A stretch of 64,000 bases of DNA, taken from NCBI GenBank assembly GCA_965649765.1, contig OZ287749.1:6882001-6946000 (forward strand). Reading direction: 5' to 3'. The notes beneath the pieces are model-generated. The model saw only the letters and a program-made list of their open reading frames with translations. It had not been told where the DNA came from and did not search any database. The first letter of the stretch is position 1. Each line of letters begins with the position of its first letter. Shown piece after piece: positions 49,391 through 61,764 of this stretch. The translations under genes were made by a program, and so were the position numbers. The DNA is from Bispira polyomma (lineage: Eukaryota).

Positions 49391-51362
49391 TTATTTTAAC
49401 CACATATATATATATACATGTAAATAACATTTTATTGAATTAAAAACATATATACATTTATATACAATATATATAATCTGTAAAGGACAATTTATTTTTG
49501 GTTTACAAATGTTACAGTACCAGTATTTGGATTTAAGAGTTAATTTTAAGTTGGCACATGTGAAGTGAAACCAATTGGGAGAACTCTCACAACCCACTGA
49601 GTGTTCAATGTTGAGGTCTTCTCTTCGAACTTCATAGTTCTAGGCTGGCAACATCCTTGCGCCGTGGGCAGATTCTAAAGTAATGAATCCCCCTGGTGTA
49701 AAATATTTCTTCACCAAGTTGATGTCAAAGTTGTTTGGTTTAACATAACCTGAGATGTTTTCCGGAATACACTCCACTTCTTCTTCATCTAGCAGCTCCT
49801 TTCTGTCAGTCTTCTCGATAACATCTTCTGAAACAAAATTTTTTAATATATACATTTGCCTATTCCTTGTAGACTTCCTAAAAATGGCATTACCTTATCC
49901 TCAATTTTCCTCTTATTGTACTTTGGTATTCCAATAGCAATTGTTGTGGAGCCTTTTGGTCTGCAACCACATTTCTTTAATTTAGCTGGAAATGAGACTG
50001 TGGCTAATGGATCTTCATGGAGATCAGTAGGGAGCTCATCAGTCTGTTCTTCAAATTGTGGTCCAGGTTCTTCATTTTCAAGTTGTTCAGGTTCTTCAGC
50101 TTCTTCATTTTCAAGTGGTTCAGGCTCTTCAGCTTCTTCAATTTCAAGTGGTTCAGGTTCTTCAGCTTCTTCAATTTCAAGTGGTTCAGGCTCAAGTTCA
50201 AGTAGTTCAGAATCAGGTTCTTCAATTTCAAGTTCTGGTGTTAAACAAAGCTTAACTACCGAGAAATCTTTGTCTTCTTTGATGTAGTGTTTAGCTTCTT
50301 CAAGGACAGCTTGTCTTTGCCGAATTGTAGCCCTACAAAATTTTCTCATTTTGGCTGAAAGCTTATTTGGGGTCTGGATGGTGTTAGAGTACACTCTGGA
50401 ATGGGATTTCTTTCCTGACCCCAATCTTGTAGCTGGCTCCGGAGTGTCTTGTTGTAATCCTTCGTCCACAGGCTGTACAGTATTTTGGCTCACCTTTTTA
50501 TTTTAGTAATGCAAGCAAATGGGAGCATGGAAGCCCTATGCTGAGAAATGTCCCACACTCACAAGCCACTGTAGTCACTTGAACTGGACCACTAGATGTC
50601 AGGACTGCGTTATCATCGCTAATCTGTACCTCTATGCTCTGCTGTATCTGTTGTTTTACATGCTGGAAAGCATACAGTGTCAAAAGTACATGGTACATCA
50701 GTTTAAGCTCAGGCATAGACTTTACAACTGGAACTTTTGAAGAAATGTTTTTAAATCAACGCTCAGTACGCAGTGTCTCGATGAGGCCCAGAAACTTACC
50801 AAGGAAGTCTTTGATGAACAACCTCGATGTTGCACAGCTCTTCAGCTTCTGGAAGAAAGATTCTAGGCGGTTGTTAGTGCTGGTATTGAAGTTGAGATGC
50901 TTTACTTTTAGTTTGGAGATCCAGTGCAGAATTCATCATATTTCTCTTGGTACTCAGCTTCTGACTTGGCATAAGTCAGTTCCTGCAGTTTGGCCAAAAC
51001 AGTCTGCCTTTCACTTAAGGTAATCGCTAACTTATCAGTGGTGCATTCTCTGCCAAATGTCCGCAAAACATGGAATAGGTAGATTTGTAATTCAATATGA
51101 GGAAGTTCTGATTTAAAGACACTCCTTTCAGTCATGTCTTAATCAGTCAGAACTATCTTTATCTCGCTGGAGGCTGGGTTTTAGACTTGAAAATCCTAAA
51201 CATTTCTGTCAAGGTGTCTTCTCTGTTGACAAGGAAGGCGGCAATGACATGACTGTCTCCATTTCCATCGATGGCCAACAAGAGAAAAAAAAGCATGCCA
51301 TTCTCATTGGTTTTATGTGTTAAATTTTGTTTTTCTTTGGAATAACCTTTCTTGTTCATCAT
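49391..51362 (-). pseudogene. MULE/Mutator-type transposase relic with SWIM and C-terminal PHD fingers
   Basis: AIDGNGDSHVIA, ERSVF..LP...QIYLFHV, TNNRLES, CEC...GLPCSH (SWIM), WFHFTC...WYCNIC (PHD); many stops and frameshifts. Confidence 0.8.
50065..50235 (-). repeat. 33-bp coding tandem repeat (EPEPLEIEEAE)n
   Basis: About 4 copies within ORF 49843-50493. Confidence 0.85.
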
Positions 51363-52353
51363 TTATATTGTGCGGCAAAAAAAAACATGTTTCAGTCGAT
51401 ACCAAAGAACATGTGGCTTAAGGGTATTGTAAAGTACAGAAAAGGTACAGTATGGACAAAAATATGTATAACATGGATAGAAAGTAAGTAAAAACTGCTT
51501 ATAAGTACGTACGTAAGTACTAGACATTCCCCGGACTTAATAACAAATTTTGCATATACATGTGTAATATAAGATTTTCATGGGACCTGATGCACGACTA
51601 GCTACATTTACACTAATATGAATGAAAATATTGAAAAATTATAAAACTCAAAACTGTACACAGGGGTGGATATAACTTGAAACGGACAGAACTTAAAAAT
51701 CTTACCAACAAACCAAAACTGTTGATAAACTAATATCTAGTCTAGTTTAAGCAGGCATTGCATCCTGAGAGGTCATTTGTGCAGTTATGGCACTGCCAGG
51801 GTAGATCCTTACATGCCTTAAACACAGTTTCCATAGCAATCCAGGCATCGACATCAAAGAAGTTGTGCATTAGTCCTGACACCACGTGCCGATCCAATGC
51901 CGCTGATTAGATATTCCCTGGACACACCTCTACTGTCTCATCTCCCATCAATCTATGTGAAATTGCCTATGAATAGTCAGAGCAATTGTACTTTACCGGT
52001 ACAAGGTTCTAACGATGTTAAAAAATATGTGATTAAATAAGGTACATTTAGTGTAATTGGCAATACAGGTAAAGTAGATATTATCCAAAAAGTCATTGTT
52101 ATATACAAAAAAGACAAAACATATTTCTGTCGGATTTTGGTGTCCTTCTTGTGAAATAGCTGTTGGCTGTTGACTGAGACTTTTGTTTTTTCTGATGGGG
52201 TATCTACATCTGGGACAGGGTCTACATTTGGCCAAGTTCTGGGATGGGGTCTACTTGTGGGACGTGGTTTACATCTGTACATCAGCTATGCTTTAATATG
52301 CTAAATAGCATATGGGGTAAGGTAGGACTTGAAAGGATTTTTTTCAACTAATA

Positions 52354-53330
52354 TTAGAGTGGTTGAAAGTTGAAACTGGTCAACATTTTCAGCAGTCTAT
52401 GGCTTTGCTCATTCCTAAGTATGCATATGACCTTCATTAACCCATACAGGATCTCTTTAATTGAACCTCTGTGCAACTTTGCGACACATGATTTCAACTT
52501 ACAAAGGAGGACTCCGTCCTGTTGTTGGTTTTGGTGCAAAAATTCGATGATCTCTTCAGCCCATTCACCCACTACTCTCTGATGATGTCCCGGTTTCTGT
52601 CACAATAAGTTTATACTATGTCAAGCATGGAAGCAGACAGTTTGATATATTTCTCTTTTATAGGAGGTCTCATCACAGGCATAGGCAATGTTTTGTATCA
52701 ATTCCAGCACTGTGGTCCTTTCACCTGATGTTATTCCCATTACCTCTGGTAACGTCCATCCTAAATATATGTAGTAAATGGAACAGACAAATTTCCAACT
52801 GTATTTGAGGCATCTCTGTCTTAAATATTCCCCTTTCTGTTTCTTTCTTGCATGACCACATTTATGTCTTTCCAACTGCTGTTGATTTCCTTCAGTATTC
52901 TTACCACAGTAGATGCTAAATAAGGAACATGGCAACCACCTGAATTTCACCATTGCCATCTACACACAGGACTGTGGACAGTACCATCCCCTGGTTGTAT
53001 GTCTTGTGAGTTGCATCTACCAAAATAACTTCAGGAAATCATTCAAATGCAGATTCTATTTGGGAATCTCTTGCAAGACTATCCCTGTCATTGTGTTGTT
53101 AGTATCTTTCACAAAGTTTGTCTTCAGTGCTGGATATTCAGTCTTTATCTATTCGGATAAATCATGAATGGAGTTTGAGTAAGATTCAGTCTCATCCTGG
53201 TTGCAATATTGTGAGTGGCCCTCATCAAAATCTCTTTGCCAATTCACACACCGAAATGACTCTGGATCAGCTTCCTAGAGTTTGATATATTGATCTTGGT
53301 AGGAGGCCTCATCACATGCATTTTAAGACT
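52354..53330 (-). pseudogene. Second, more decayed MULE-like transposase fragment
   Basis: MGITSGERTTVLELIQNIAYACDETSY resembles LAITLSERQTVLAKLQELTYAKSEAEY of the first copy; a DEASY-like echo at ~53300. Confidence 0.5.
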
Positions 53331-54641
53331 CAGATATCTGCGTATTCTACCTGGATCATGTATATGGTTATAGCAGGGACAACCGACATTAGCCACATGA
53401 CTACTGAAGAGTTGTCTTGGTCAAATAATACAAGAAATAAGGAGCAATTCACAGACTTGTCATCATGTACATATGTCTTATATTAATTTTTGCAAACAAT
53501 AGTCGGCAGAAATAACCTACTTCTATCTTCAAGTATAATACCATTATATTTAAGTTGGAAATACTGTACACATGTAGTATAATGTGCATGCAATGTGGGT
53601 TTTGAATTGAAATCTAGACAAAATTATCACAGTTCACTATCACAATATATTGTACATGATAATTTAAATAAGAACATAAAAGGTCAAAGTTAAAATTCAT
53701 TAAAAGTCAGGCATACAAATATTAATATAAGACATACATGTACTTGTAAAGATAGTGTAGATAATGAAGGATGGATTCTGCTTTTTTCTCTTGGAGCAAG
53801 TCCTAGATTATTCATTAGGATGGGCAATTGTCGAGCTTGACAGTGTTTAATAGATTAAAAAAAAATTTCTTTTAATGGTGGTAGCTAGTAAATGTAGGTC
53901 GTTTCCTTGGTGGCGTTTCTCGTTTAACTAACCGCCAGTGAATTCTGTAGTAAATATGCCTCCACTGGGACTAACAAGGCCCTTTTAGACTGACTAATCC
54001 ATGCTGTTTATTGAAAATAATTTCTCTGAATCACAAAAAGGGACAGATTTGTAAAGAATATCAATACCAAACTGTAGACAATAAAATGCTGCTGCACAAG
54101 GTATACAGTCTCGCCACTACCGATTCGGTACCAAATATAAATACAAACTGAATGCCTAAATAGTGTACGAGCGGATAGTATCAGCCTCCTCAGCAGGGTT
54201 AAAAAACAATGCATACACTGTTACACATGTACAAGGAATAAGAACATGAAAATTGAACCTTTTGGGGTCACAAAAGTGACCTTAAAACAGATCTGAATGG
54301 ACAAAACCATACCAATAACTTAGTTGAACTGTATAAAGATACTCAAGCAACTTTAATAGTATTTTAAGTAATACTTTTTGTGATACAACACTAAAATACA
54401 AGAAATTAACCGTCTTTACCCCAGTTTGACCTTTCAGCCAACGTCGCAGGTCAAATCTGTCTAGTGCATTACATGGCCTGATTCTAGTTTCTCATACACT
54501 CACCATGTATTCTAAGTCTATGATAAAGCCAGTAGTAAAGGAAAAGTATGAAAATGAACCCTTTTAGGATCATAAAAGTGACCGCAAATATTGTTCATAA
54601 CCTTACCAGAAAGTTTGTTGAGCCCTACAGATATACTTCAA

Positions 54642-54883
54642 GGCCTGTATTCTTGAATGTATACTCAGCTTAAACTCATACTCAACTCAAATATAGCCCG
54701 TGTGCAAATCGTTGTACATGGAAAGAACCTATACTTGTGACCATTAATTTTAATAGAACTTTTAACCCTAAATTCAAATATCAGGTCATATTTTAGATAT
54801 GTTTACCGTATCTGGAGTTGTAGAGAATCCAGATTTGAGTTGAGTATGAGTTTTAGCTGAGTATACGTTTGAGAATACCAGCC
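54642..54883. mobile_element. MITE with ~50-bp TIRs (Harbinger/Tourist-like)
   Basis: GGCCTGTATTCTTGAATGTATACTCAGCTTAAACTCATACTCAACTCAAAT and its inverse; CAA/CAG flanks; a related internal sequence at ~36140-36330. Confidence 0.8.
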
Positions 54884-55936
54884 CAGGGATTAGGTATCAC
54901 ATTGTATATCATTATTGAAATATTTATCAAACCGGGACCGAAGTGGTGATATCTGAATTATTGGAAAATATAGCAATATTGAACAAATATCTTTCCTAAC
55001 TATGAAATTCGTTGTACGAATATTAAATATTTTTATGTTATTTTATATAGTATAATTGCTAAATATAGCTATTTGTTGCACTTTTTTTGCAATTTGTTTA
55101 TGTTTGCCACCATGTTTACAGGAAATGGTTATCGTTTCATACTAAATGTTGAACATTTGAAGCTGACCAAATTCAAGTTTTTTAGATATTTAGATATCGA
55201 TCGATCCAACTCCTGGAAAATAATAAAGCGCTATCAATATGGAAAATACCATTTGGTATCATAGCTATCAGGGACACTTGATTATATTACTGTTCTGTAT
55301 AATATCATTATTACGGTAAATATCCGAATGCCAGTTAATTTTGACATTTTAAGATTTTTAATAATTTATTGATCAACGACCAGTTGATTTTTGATTGATA
55401 TTGTGAAAAATTAGTACTTTGTTCCTATCTTAGAAACAACTGGGCTTTCAGCTTTTTGTTGGTATAAGTTATTTATCTACTTTTCATTTTCTGTATGATG
55501 TAAAAATTTAAGAGTTCCAGATGCAGTATCAACTACTTAACACATACTTTGTACCTAGAATGTGTACTTTACTACATGTATATATATTCACTATTATTGT
55601 CTTAACTTGAGATATTTCTCATTATTTTATGTATCAAAATTGATTTTGACAGTTGTCTTCACTAGCAGCAGCAAATTATTGTGACCTACTTTAAGGTCAC
55701 ATGAACAAAAATTTGCATTATCATTGCTATTGCAAATGTCGAGATGCCAGGTTATTCTGAGATCAATCGGTTGACAATTAAATGATTGGCGGCCAATTTA
55801 ATTTTGATTGATATGTGAAAAATATTATAAACATGCATGTGGTTGGAAAACCCTATAATGTAAAGTATGTGTATGAGTAATTTAAGCAGGTATAAAATCA
55901 GATGGGACCTCAATAGAGGTGACATCTGACCTTGAA

Positions 55937-56166
55937 CCTTATGTCCTGTTCTCATATTGGCGGTATAGTAGGGGGCCTTATGTCCCGTTCTCATATTGGT
56001 GGTATGGTAGGGGGGCCTTATGTCCCATTCTCATATTGGCGGTATGGTAGTGGGCCTTCTGTCCCGTTCTCATATTGGCGGTATGGTAGGGGACCTTATG
56101 TCCCGTTCACATATTGGTGGTATGGTAGGGGGCCTTATGTCCCGTTCTCATATTGGCGGTATAGTA
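55937..56166. repeat. 39-bp minisatellite, ~5.8 copies
   Basis: Unit CCTTATGTCCCGTTCTCATATTGGCGGTATGGTAGGGGG. Confidence 0.95.
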
Positions 56167-56868
56167 AGAAGTACTAGAAGGTACTGTAACTACTAACTTG
56201 TCTTTCTGCCTAGTAAATCAAATGTTCCATCAGGGTGAAATATACCCCCTGAAACTTGTCCAGATGAGTTTTACAGACAGGAACAGATCATTACTGACAC
56301 AGAAGACTTCAATTAGCACAGTGATATGAAAATACTCGGAAACAGGCGGAACACACGATTACTGGGTTGGAAGAGTTCTAGTAGTGATTCAGCAATACTC
56401 AAAATAGTTGGAAACAGGCGGAATGATTTTCTGCCTGCTTCCGACTTGTCAAAACCAATACCTCACACATCTGACTACACAAGGTTCTGGAAGTAAACTA
56501 ACCTTAAGAAAAGTTATGGATAGGGTTCCCTGTGCTACAAGGCGATTACCATAAGTACTGTTGCAGCCTTCATATCAGCCTAGTGAGAACCCCCACATTA
56601 CACATTTTAGTTACTCACTACTGTCCATACCAATACATCTATAACTTGTGTGTTTTGTAGGTGACACAAGTGGCTGATTAGGAAGAGATTTATTGTATTT
56701 TCCTATGGTACATCAAGAATAAAAGGAGTATGGCATGTGGTGATGTGTGAACTTTACTGGTCACTTTTACTGTTGCGTAGATAAGTGAATTTTGACTATT
56801 ATACAGTGCACCCCAGCAATAAGCTCATTACTTGTACATTGTGTGGCCAGAAATCATTAGGTTGAACG

Positions 56869-58914
56869 ATGACAGCCCAGTGTTCAGTGTGTAAGAAATC
56901 ATTTGCCAAGGTGGCAGATGTAACTAGGCATATGGTAACGCACACAGGCGAAAAGCCCTACGCATGTAAAGTGTGTGATCGGGCGTTTTCATGCAGTGCC
57001 AACCGTAGCAGACATATGAGAACCCACTCCGATGTCAGACCCTACAAGTGTACAGTGTGTGAGCGATCATTTAAGGACCCAGACACTCTGAAAGGTCATC
57101 TGTTAACACACAATGAAAAGCGGGAGATCCACAAGTGTAAAATATGTGAGAAATCATATAAAAGCCGAAAAGTTCTCCTCAGGCATTTAAAAAGTCATCT
57201 GGAGCAGTATGTTTGCTTGGTGTGTGACAAATCTTTTAGTTCCACAGGTAGCCTAAATAGACACAAATTGATCCATAGAGGGGATGACGCAGAGAAGCCG
57301 TTTAGCTGTACTTACTGCAGCAAGACGTTTTACCAGAACTGCTACTTACAGAGACACCTGGTGCTTCATACTGGAAAGAAGCAATATGGCTGTGATGTTT
57401 GTGGTAAATCATTTGCTTGCCACTCAACCTTAAAGATACACAATTTAACTCACACAGGAGAAAAGGCATTCAAGTGTTCTCTGTGCCATGAGTCATTTAG
57501 GCACAGAAACACCCTTAGGTTGCACATGTTCACGCATACTGGAGATAAGCCACACGCCTGTTCATTTTGTGACATGTCATTTTCTCGAAAAGCTTTATTG
57601 AAGAGTCACATTTTGACTCACACAGGCGAGAAGTCATTCCAGTGCACTCTATGTGACAAGTCATTTACCAGATCAAGAAGTTTGAAGGAACATGTAATAA
57701 CTCATACAGGGGTGAGACCACACAAATGTGGTAAATGTGACAAATCATTCTTCCAATCGGGGACACTGACGAAACATCTCCAGATACATAAGACAGAAAG
57801 GCCATATATGTGTTTAGTGTGTAAGAAGTCCTTTTACAGAGGAGGACATCTGAAAGCTCACATGGCCACTCATTCAGAGGAAAAGCCACACATTTGTGAA
57901 ATTTGCAACAAGCCATTTTCTTTGTCTGAAGCACTAGCTCGACACAAGAGAATACATCGTGAAAGAGTGAAACCTCATAAATGTACAATATGTGATAAAT
58001 CATATGAGATGAAATTCTTTTTAAAACGCCACGAGTTAACTCATGAAGGCAAAAGAACATTTTGCTGCACACTGTGTGATAAATCATTTGTTATGTCAAT
58101 AACACTCAACAGCCACATGAAGACGCACAGTGGACAAAAGCCCCACAAATGCACACTGTGTGATAAAGCATATACAAGGAAGTCTCATTTGGATCAGCAT
58201 ATAAAAACTCATACAGGAGAGAAGCCTTTCCAGTGTACATTCTGCAACAAATCATTCTTGTATCATAACTCCTTGAAAACACACCTACATACTCACACTG
58301 GTGAAAAACCTTATACATGTACTGAATGTGGGAAACCATTTAGAGATTCTGGAGCCTTAAGAAGTCACATGTTCACACATTCTGGCGAGAAACCTTTTGC
58401 TTGTACTCTTTGTGACATGGCATTTCGTGCAAGATTTGTTTTAACAAATCACATACTGACTCATCACACAGATGAGAAGCCATTCAAGTGCCTAGTATGC
58501 GGTAAAGTGTTTGCAAGAGAACAAATTTTGAGAAAGCATGAACGAACTCATGATTCAGAAAACTACCCTTACAAATGTACGTTTTGCGACAAATCATTTC
58601 TCTACCCAAAGTCTATTGAAAGTCATTTATACACTCACACCGGAGAGCGACCCTACAGTTGTGAGTTATGTGACAAGGGATATACTCACCCAGGTTCACT
58701 GAAAAAGCACATGCTAAGGCACAAGGGGAAAAGATACAAGTGTGCCGTGTGCGACAAATCATTTTTAACTATGTCGTCGCTGGATGACCATATGACTGTT
58801 CATCAGGAATTACCCAAACTGGATGTGTGTGACAAAGTGTCTTTACCTATAAAAGAGGAGGAAGAGGAGGATAAATCAGTTACATTGAAAATTACTAGTG
58901 TTATGAGTGTTTGA
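56869..58914 (+). CDS. Poly-C2H2 zinc finger protein A (681 aa, 23 fingers, single coding exon)
   Basis: 23 CxxC-x12-HxxxH units with TGEKP linkers; 5'UTR acceptor TTTTGTAG at ~56660. Confidence 0.95.
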   Translation: MTAQCSVCKKSFAKVADVTRHMVTHTGEKPYACKVCDRAFSCSANRSRHMRTHSDVRPYKCTVCERSFKDPDTLKGHLLTHNEKREIHKCKICEKSYKSRKVLLRHLKSHLEQYVCLVCDKSFSSTGSLNRHKLIHRGDDAEKPFSCTYCSKTFYQNCYLQRHLVLHTGKKQYGCDVCGKSFACHSTLKIHNLTHTGEKAFKCSLCHESFRHRNTLRLHMFTHTGDKPHACSFCDMSFSRKALLKSHILTHTGEKSFQCTLCDKSFTRSRSLKEHVITHTGVRPHKCGKCDKSFFQSGTLTKHLQIHKTERPYMCLVCKKSFYRGGHLKAHMATHSEEKPHICEICNKPFSLSEALARHKRIHRERVKPHKCTICDKSYEMKFFLKRHELTHEGKRTFCCTLCDKSFVMSITLNSHMKTHSGQKPHKCTLCDKAYTRKSHLDQHIKTHTGEKPFQCTFCNKSFLYHNSLKTHLHTHTGEKPYTCTECGKPFRDSGALRSHMFTHSGEKPFACTLCDMAFRARFVLTNHILTHHTDEKPFKCLVCGKVFAREQILRKHERTHDSENYPYKCTFCDKSFLYPKSIESHLYTHTGERPYSCELCDKGYTHPGSLKKHMLRHKGKRYKCAVCDKSFLTMSSLDDHMTVHQELPKLDVCDKVSLPIKEEEEEDKSVTLKITSVMSV

Positions 58915-61049
58915 CCTTTGAACCCCTTCAGCCTCTTACCAAGGTGAATTACTTCATACTACTAAACTTACAAGTTCTAATTATGTGTTGATTCTTGTTA
59001 TTTGAGTGGTAATCTGGCCTTAGGATTAAGGCTGAAACGAAATGATTAAAATATTTAATACCTAATGTAGGCAACATGTAATAATACTATAATAGTAAAT
59101 ATAAGTTGTAACTGTTCAGCAATTTATGGAAACTAATGAAGGGTTAAAATTCTCTCCCTTTATATAGAGCACAAGAGTAAAATTATCATAATAAATGGCA
59201 CAGTAACAAGCACAATCTTTAAATAGTTAAAAGCTAAGAAGCCACAGTACTGAAGTAGGAATGTCTTTAATGTGACATGGTGTAATCCTACATAAAATGT
59301 CAAGTAAAATGTATCCTGTGACAGAAAGGATTAGCCACTATGGTTTGTGTGTGACAAGTGGTCAAGTAAATTTCAATTAATATAAGCAAACGTCCCAGAA
59401 CCAAGGAAAACTTTTTGTGAGCAATTATTTGAAAGTGCTTAATTTGTTGGTGTATGTGTCAATTTGTAAATCTTTTGTGTATGAGCTAGACAATGCTTTA
59501 AGGCATTATGAAATTGCGTAAATTTTGCTTTATTCTAAAAGTTTAATCTTAAAAGTCTTATTTGGATAAAATTCAATAGTTTTTTGTCAGTGTAAGAAAC
59601 ACAACAATAATTTAATGCACAGTCAAGTGTTAAATTTCATCAACGTACATATTTGTTTTAGCACATGTATTGCCCAGTAAAACCCGGGAAAACCTGGGTT
59701 TTCCCACTGGGCTGGGCAATACTCCTAAAACCCGGGTTTTACTAAACCCTGAATGTGGTCTAAATCCTTTGTGACTAGGACCTACTTTAAGGTTACATGA
59801 CCCCTGGGGTCAAAACATGCTCATTACTAACTTTTCTTGCAAAGTAAAAATTTGGCATGAATATTACTAATGTCAAGACACCAGGTAATTTTGAGATCGA
59901 TCGGTTGATTCACATTCGATTGATTTTTGATTGGGATTTCGGCTTTTTCATAAAATAAGTTGTTCATCTACATTTAATTCAACTTTTTAATTATCCCTAA
60001 ATTAAATTTTACTTCAAACTTGAATACTGACACCACTGCATTATTGCTTGAAATTCAGAGTCGCTTTGTTTTCAAAAAGCTTTTTTCCTAGTTTTAAATT
60101 AAATAATACCCACACAGCCTGTATATAGGCTGTGTGGTATTGTCTTTACCCGGGTCATCGGGATTTGCATTAGCATGAGGCAGCTGCGAAACTTTGGCCA
60201 GGCTAGTTCTAAGAAACCGTGGGACCAAAGAAGTTCATTTTTGGTACAAATATTCACTTGGGGGTGTATGTGTGCAAATCTATTCAGTAGTTGTTGTGAA
60301 ATGCAGGTGGAACAAACCAACAGAATTAGGTGAAAACTTAACCTCCATGGCTGGACCTATATTATCCAACCAAAAGGGGTGAGTGGTATTTTGGTAAGTG
60401 GGTCAGACAATAGATGGGTTGGATAGCATGGATGGGAAGCATTGAGAGGCAGCAAAACCTTTTATGTACACTTCTCATACTTCATTACATGTACTTACAA
60501 TATCTCGTTTTTTATTACATGAATAAGCCTGACTTGTATCAGAACATATCCATGGAAATGAAATATTATATCAAGTTCATACACCCAATGATGAAAGTTA
60601 CGGTGGAAGCTTAATGCACTAAGACCCATTTAAAGCATACTGTGGTATAGTGCAAGGGGGATAGTGTGTGATATATCATTTAGGGCAGTTAAGGACGTTT
60701 CAGCTTTCTATTCACTTCTCTGTGCTTTCTTTAGTAGGTTTACTTAGCAAGTTTGAGCAGTATGGATTTGTATGGGTAATCCTGGTGAAAATGGGGTTAC
60801 TATGTTTAAAGTTTATAAAAGGTAATGAAAGTTAAACAAAGTTCGGGAAAGTTAAACTGCAGTCGGAAAATTTTAAAAAGTGGAAAACAAAAGTTCAGAG
60901 AAACAAGGTTCTACTATAATGTATTTTTTATATGTCCACATACAAATACAGGCAAGAAAACTCTGTAAACCTCTGTTGACAACATTTACTTTTTAAAATT
61001 TTCAAAATTAAACAGAGAACTAACATACAGAGAGCAAAATGCGTTTTAA

Positions 61050-61344
61050 CTCTTTCGACCCCAAGAGAAAACTATTGCTTGAAACTGAAGGAAATTTTTC
61101 GGTCAATAGGTTACAGATAGCGAAAGTCACTAAAACACACACCACAGACTACTTCCAGCATTCAATAACGGCCTTGGGTATAATTTTTTAAACCTGGTAT
61201 TTCTGCTGTATTAACAATTTCATAGTGCAAGGAACTGAAAATACATTAATATTTCTGTAGTGTTGACTGCTTGCCGACAGACATGGGTTCTGGGAGTAAC
61301 AAATGCCCTCCGCTGCTAAGCCGACAACATAGGGGTTGAAAGGG
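61050..61344. mobile_element. TTAA-flanked non-autonomous element (piggyBac-like MITE)
   Basis: TTAA-CTCTTTCGACCCC...GGGGTTGAAAGGG-TTAA; related copies at ~24372-24645, ~32720-32900, ~38457 and ~44545-44774. Confidence 0.8.
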
Positions 61345-61401
61345 TTAAATATTGAACATTGTAATAGATTGGACCCAGCTGTTTTTCAAATATGGCACCA
61401 G

Positions 61402-61509
61402 GGGCCGTATTCACGAAGGGACTTGGCCAGGTCTTTAGGCTTAAATCAGTATACTTTTGTGCTAGATTTAAGCCCAAGTCCTGGCTAAGTCCCTTTGTGA
61501 ATACGGCCC
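61402..61509. mobile_element. 108-bp palindromic MITE with CAG TSD (Harbinger/Tourist-like)
   Basis: CAG-GGGCCGTATTCACGAAGGGACTT...AAGTCCCTTTGTGAATACGGCCC-CAG; same family at 63906 to the window end. Confidence 0.88.
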
Positions 61510-61764
61510 CAGGTGATCTAGGTTTCTCAATCTAGTATAAGTAAACATTACTTTTATGTTTTACAGGTTACAAAAGACTTCTAAGGATGAACGGGTGAAA
61601 GAAACAAGACAACAGTATTTTCCATGGTACATCAAGAAGAATCGAGTATTGCTCGTTACTCTGTGAACTTTTCATCAATTAATTCCAATGAGTTCTACCG
61701 GAGTAAGTATTTAGGGAAAACCTGAATTCTGACTTTTACATGGTACCCAGCACCAAGTGTTACA

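Noticed and set aside
49856-50287. Ser-rich plus-strand ORF
   Set aside because: Antisense shadow of the Glu-rich MULE repeat.
55752-56177. ORFs with (YVPFSYWRYGRGP)n or MRTGHK repeats
   Set aside because: By-product of a 39-bp minisatellite; no gene context.
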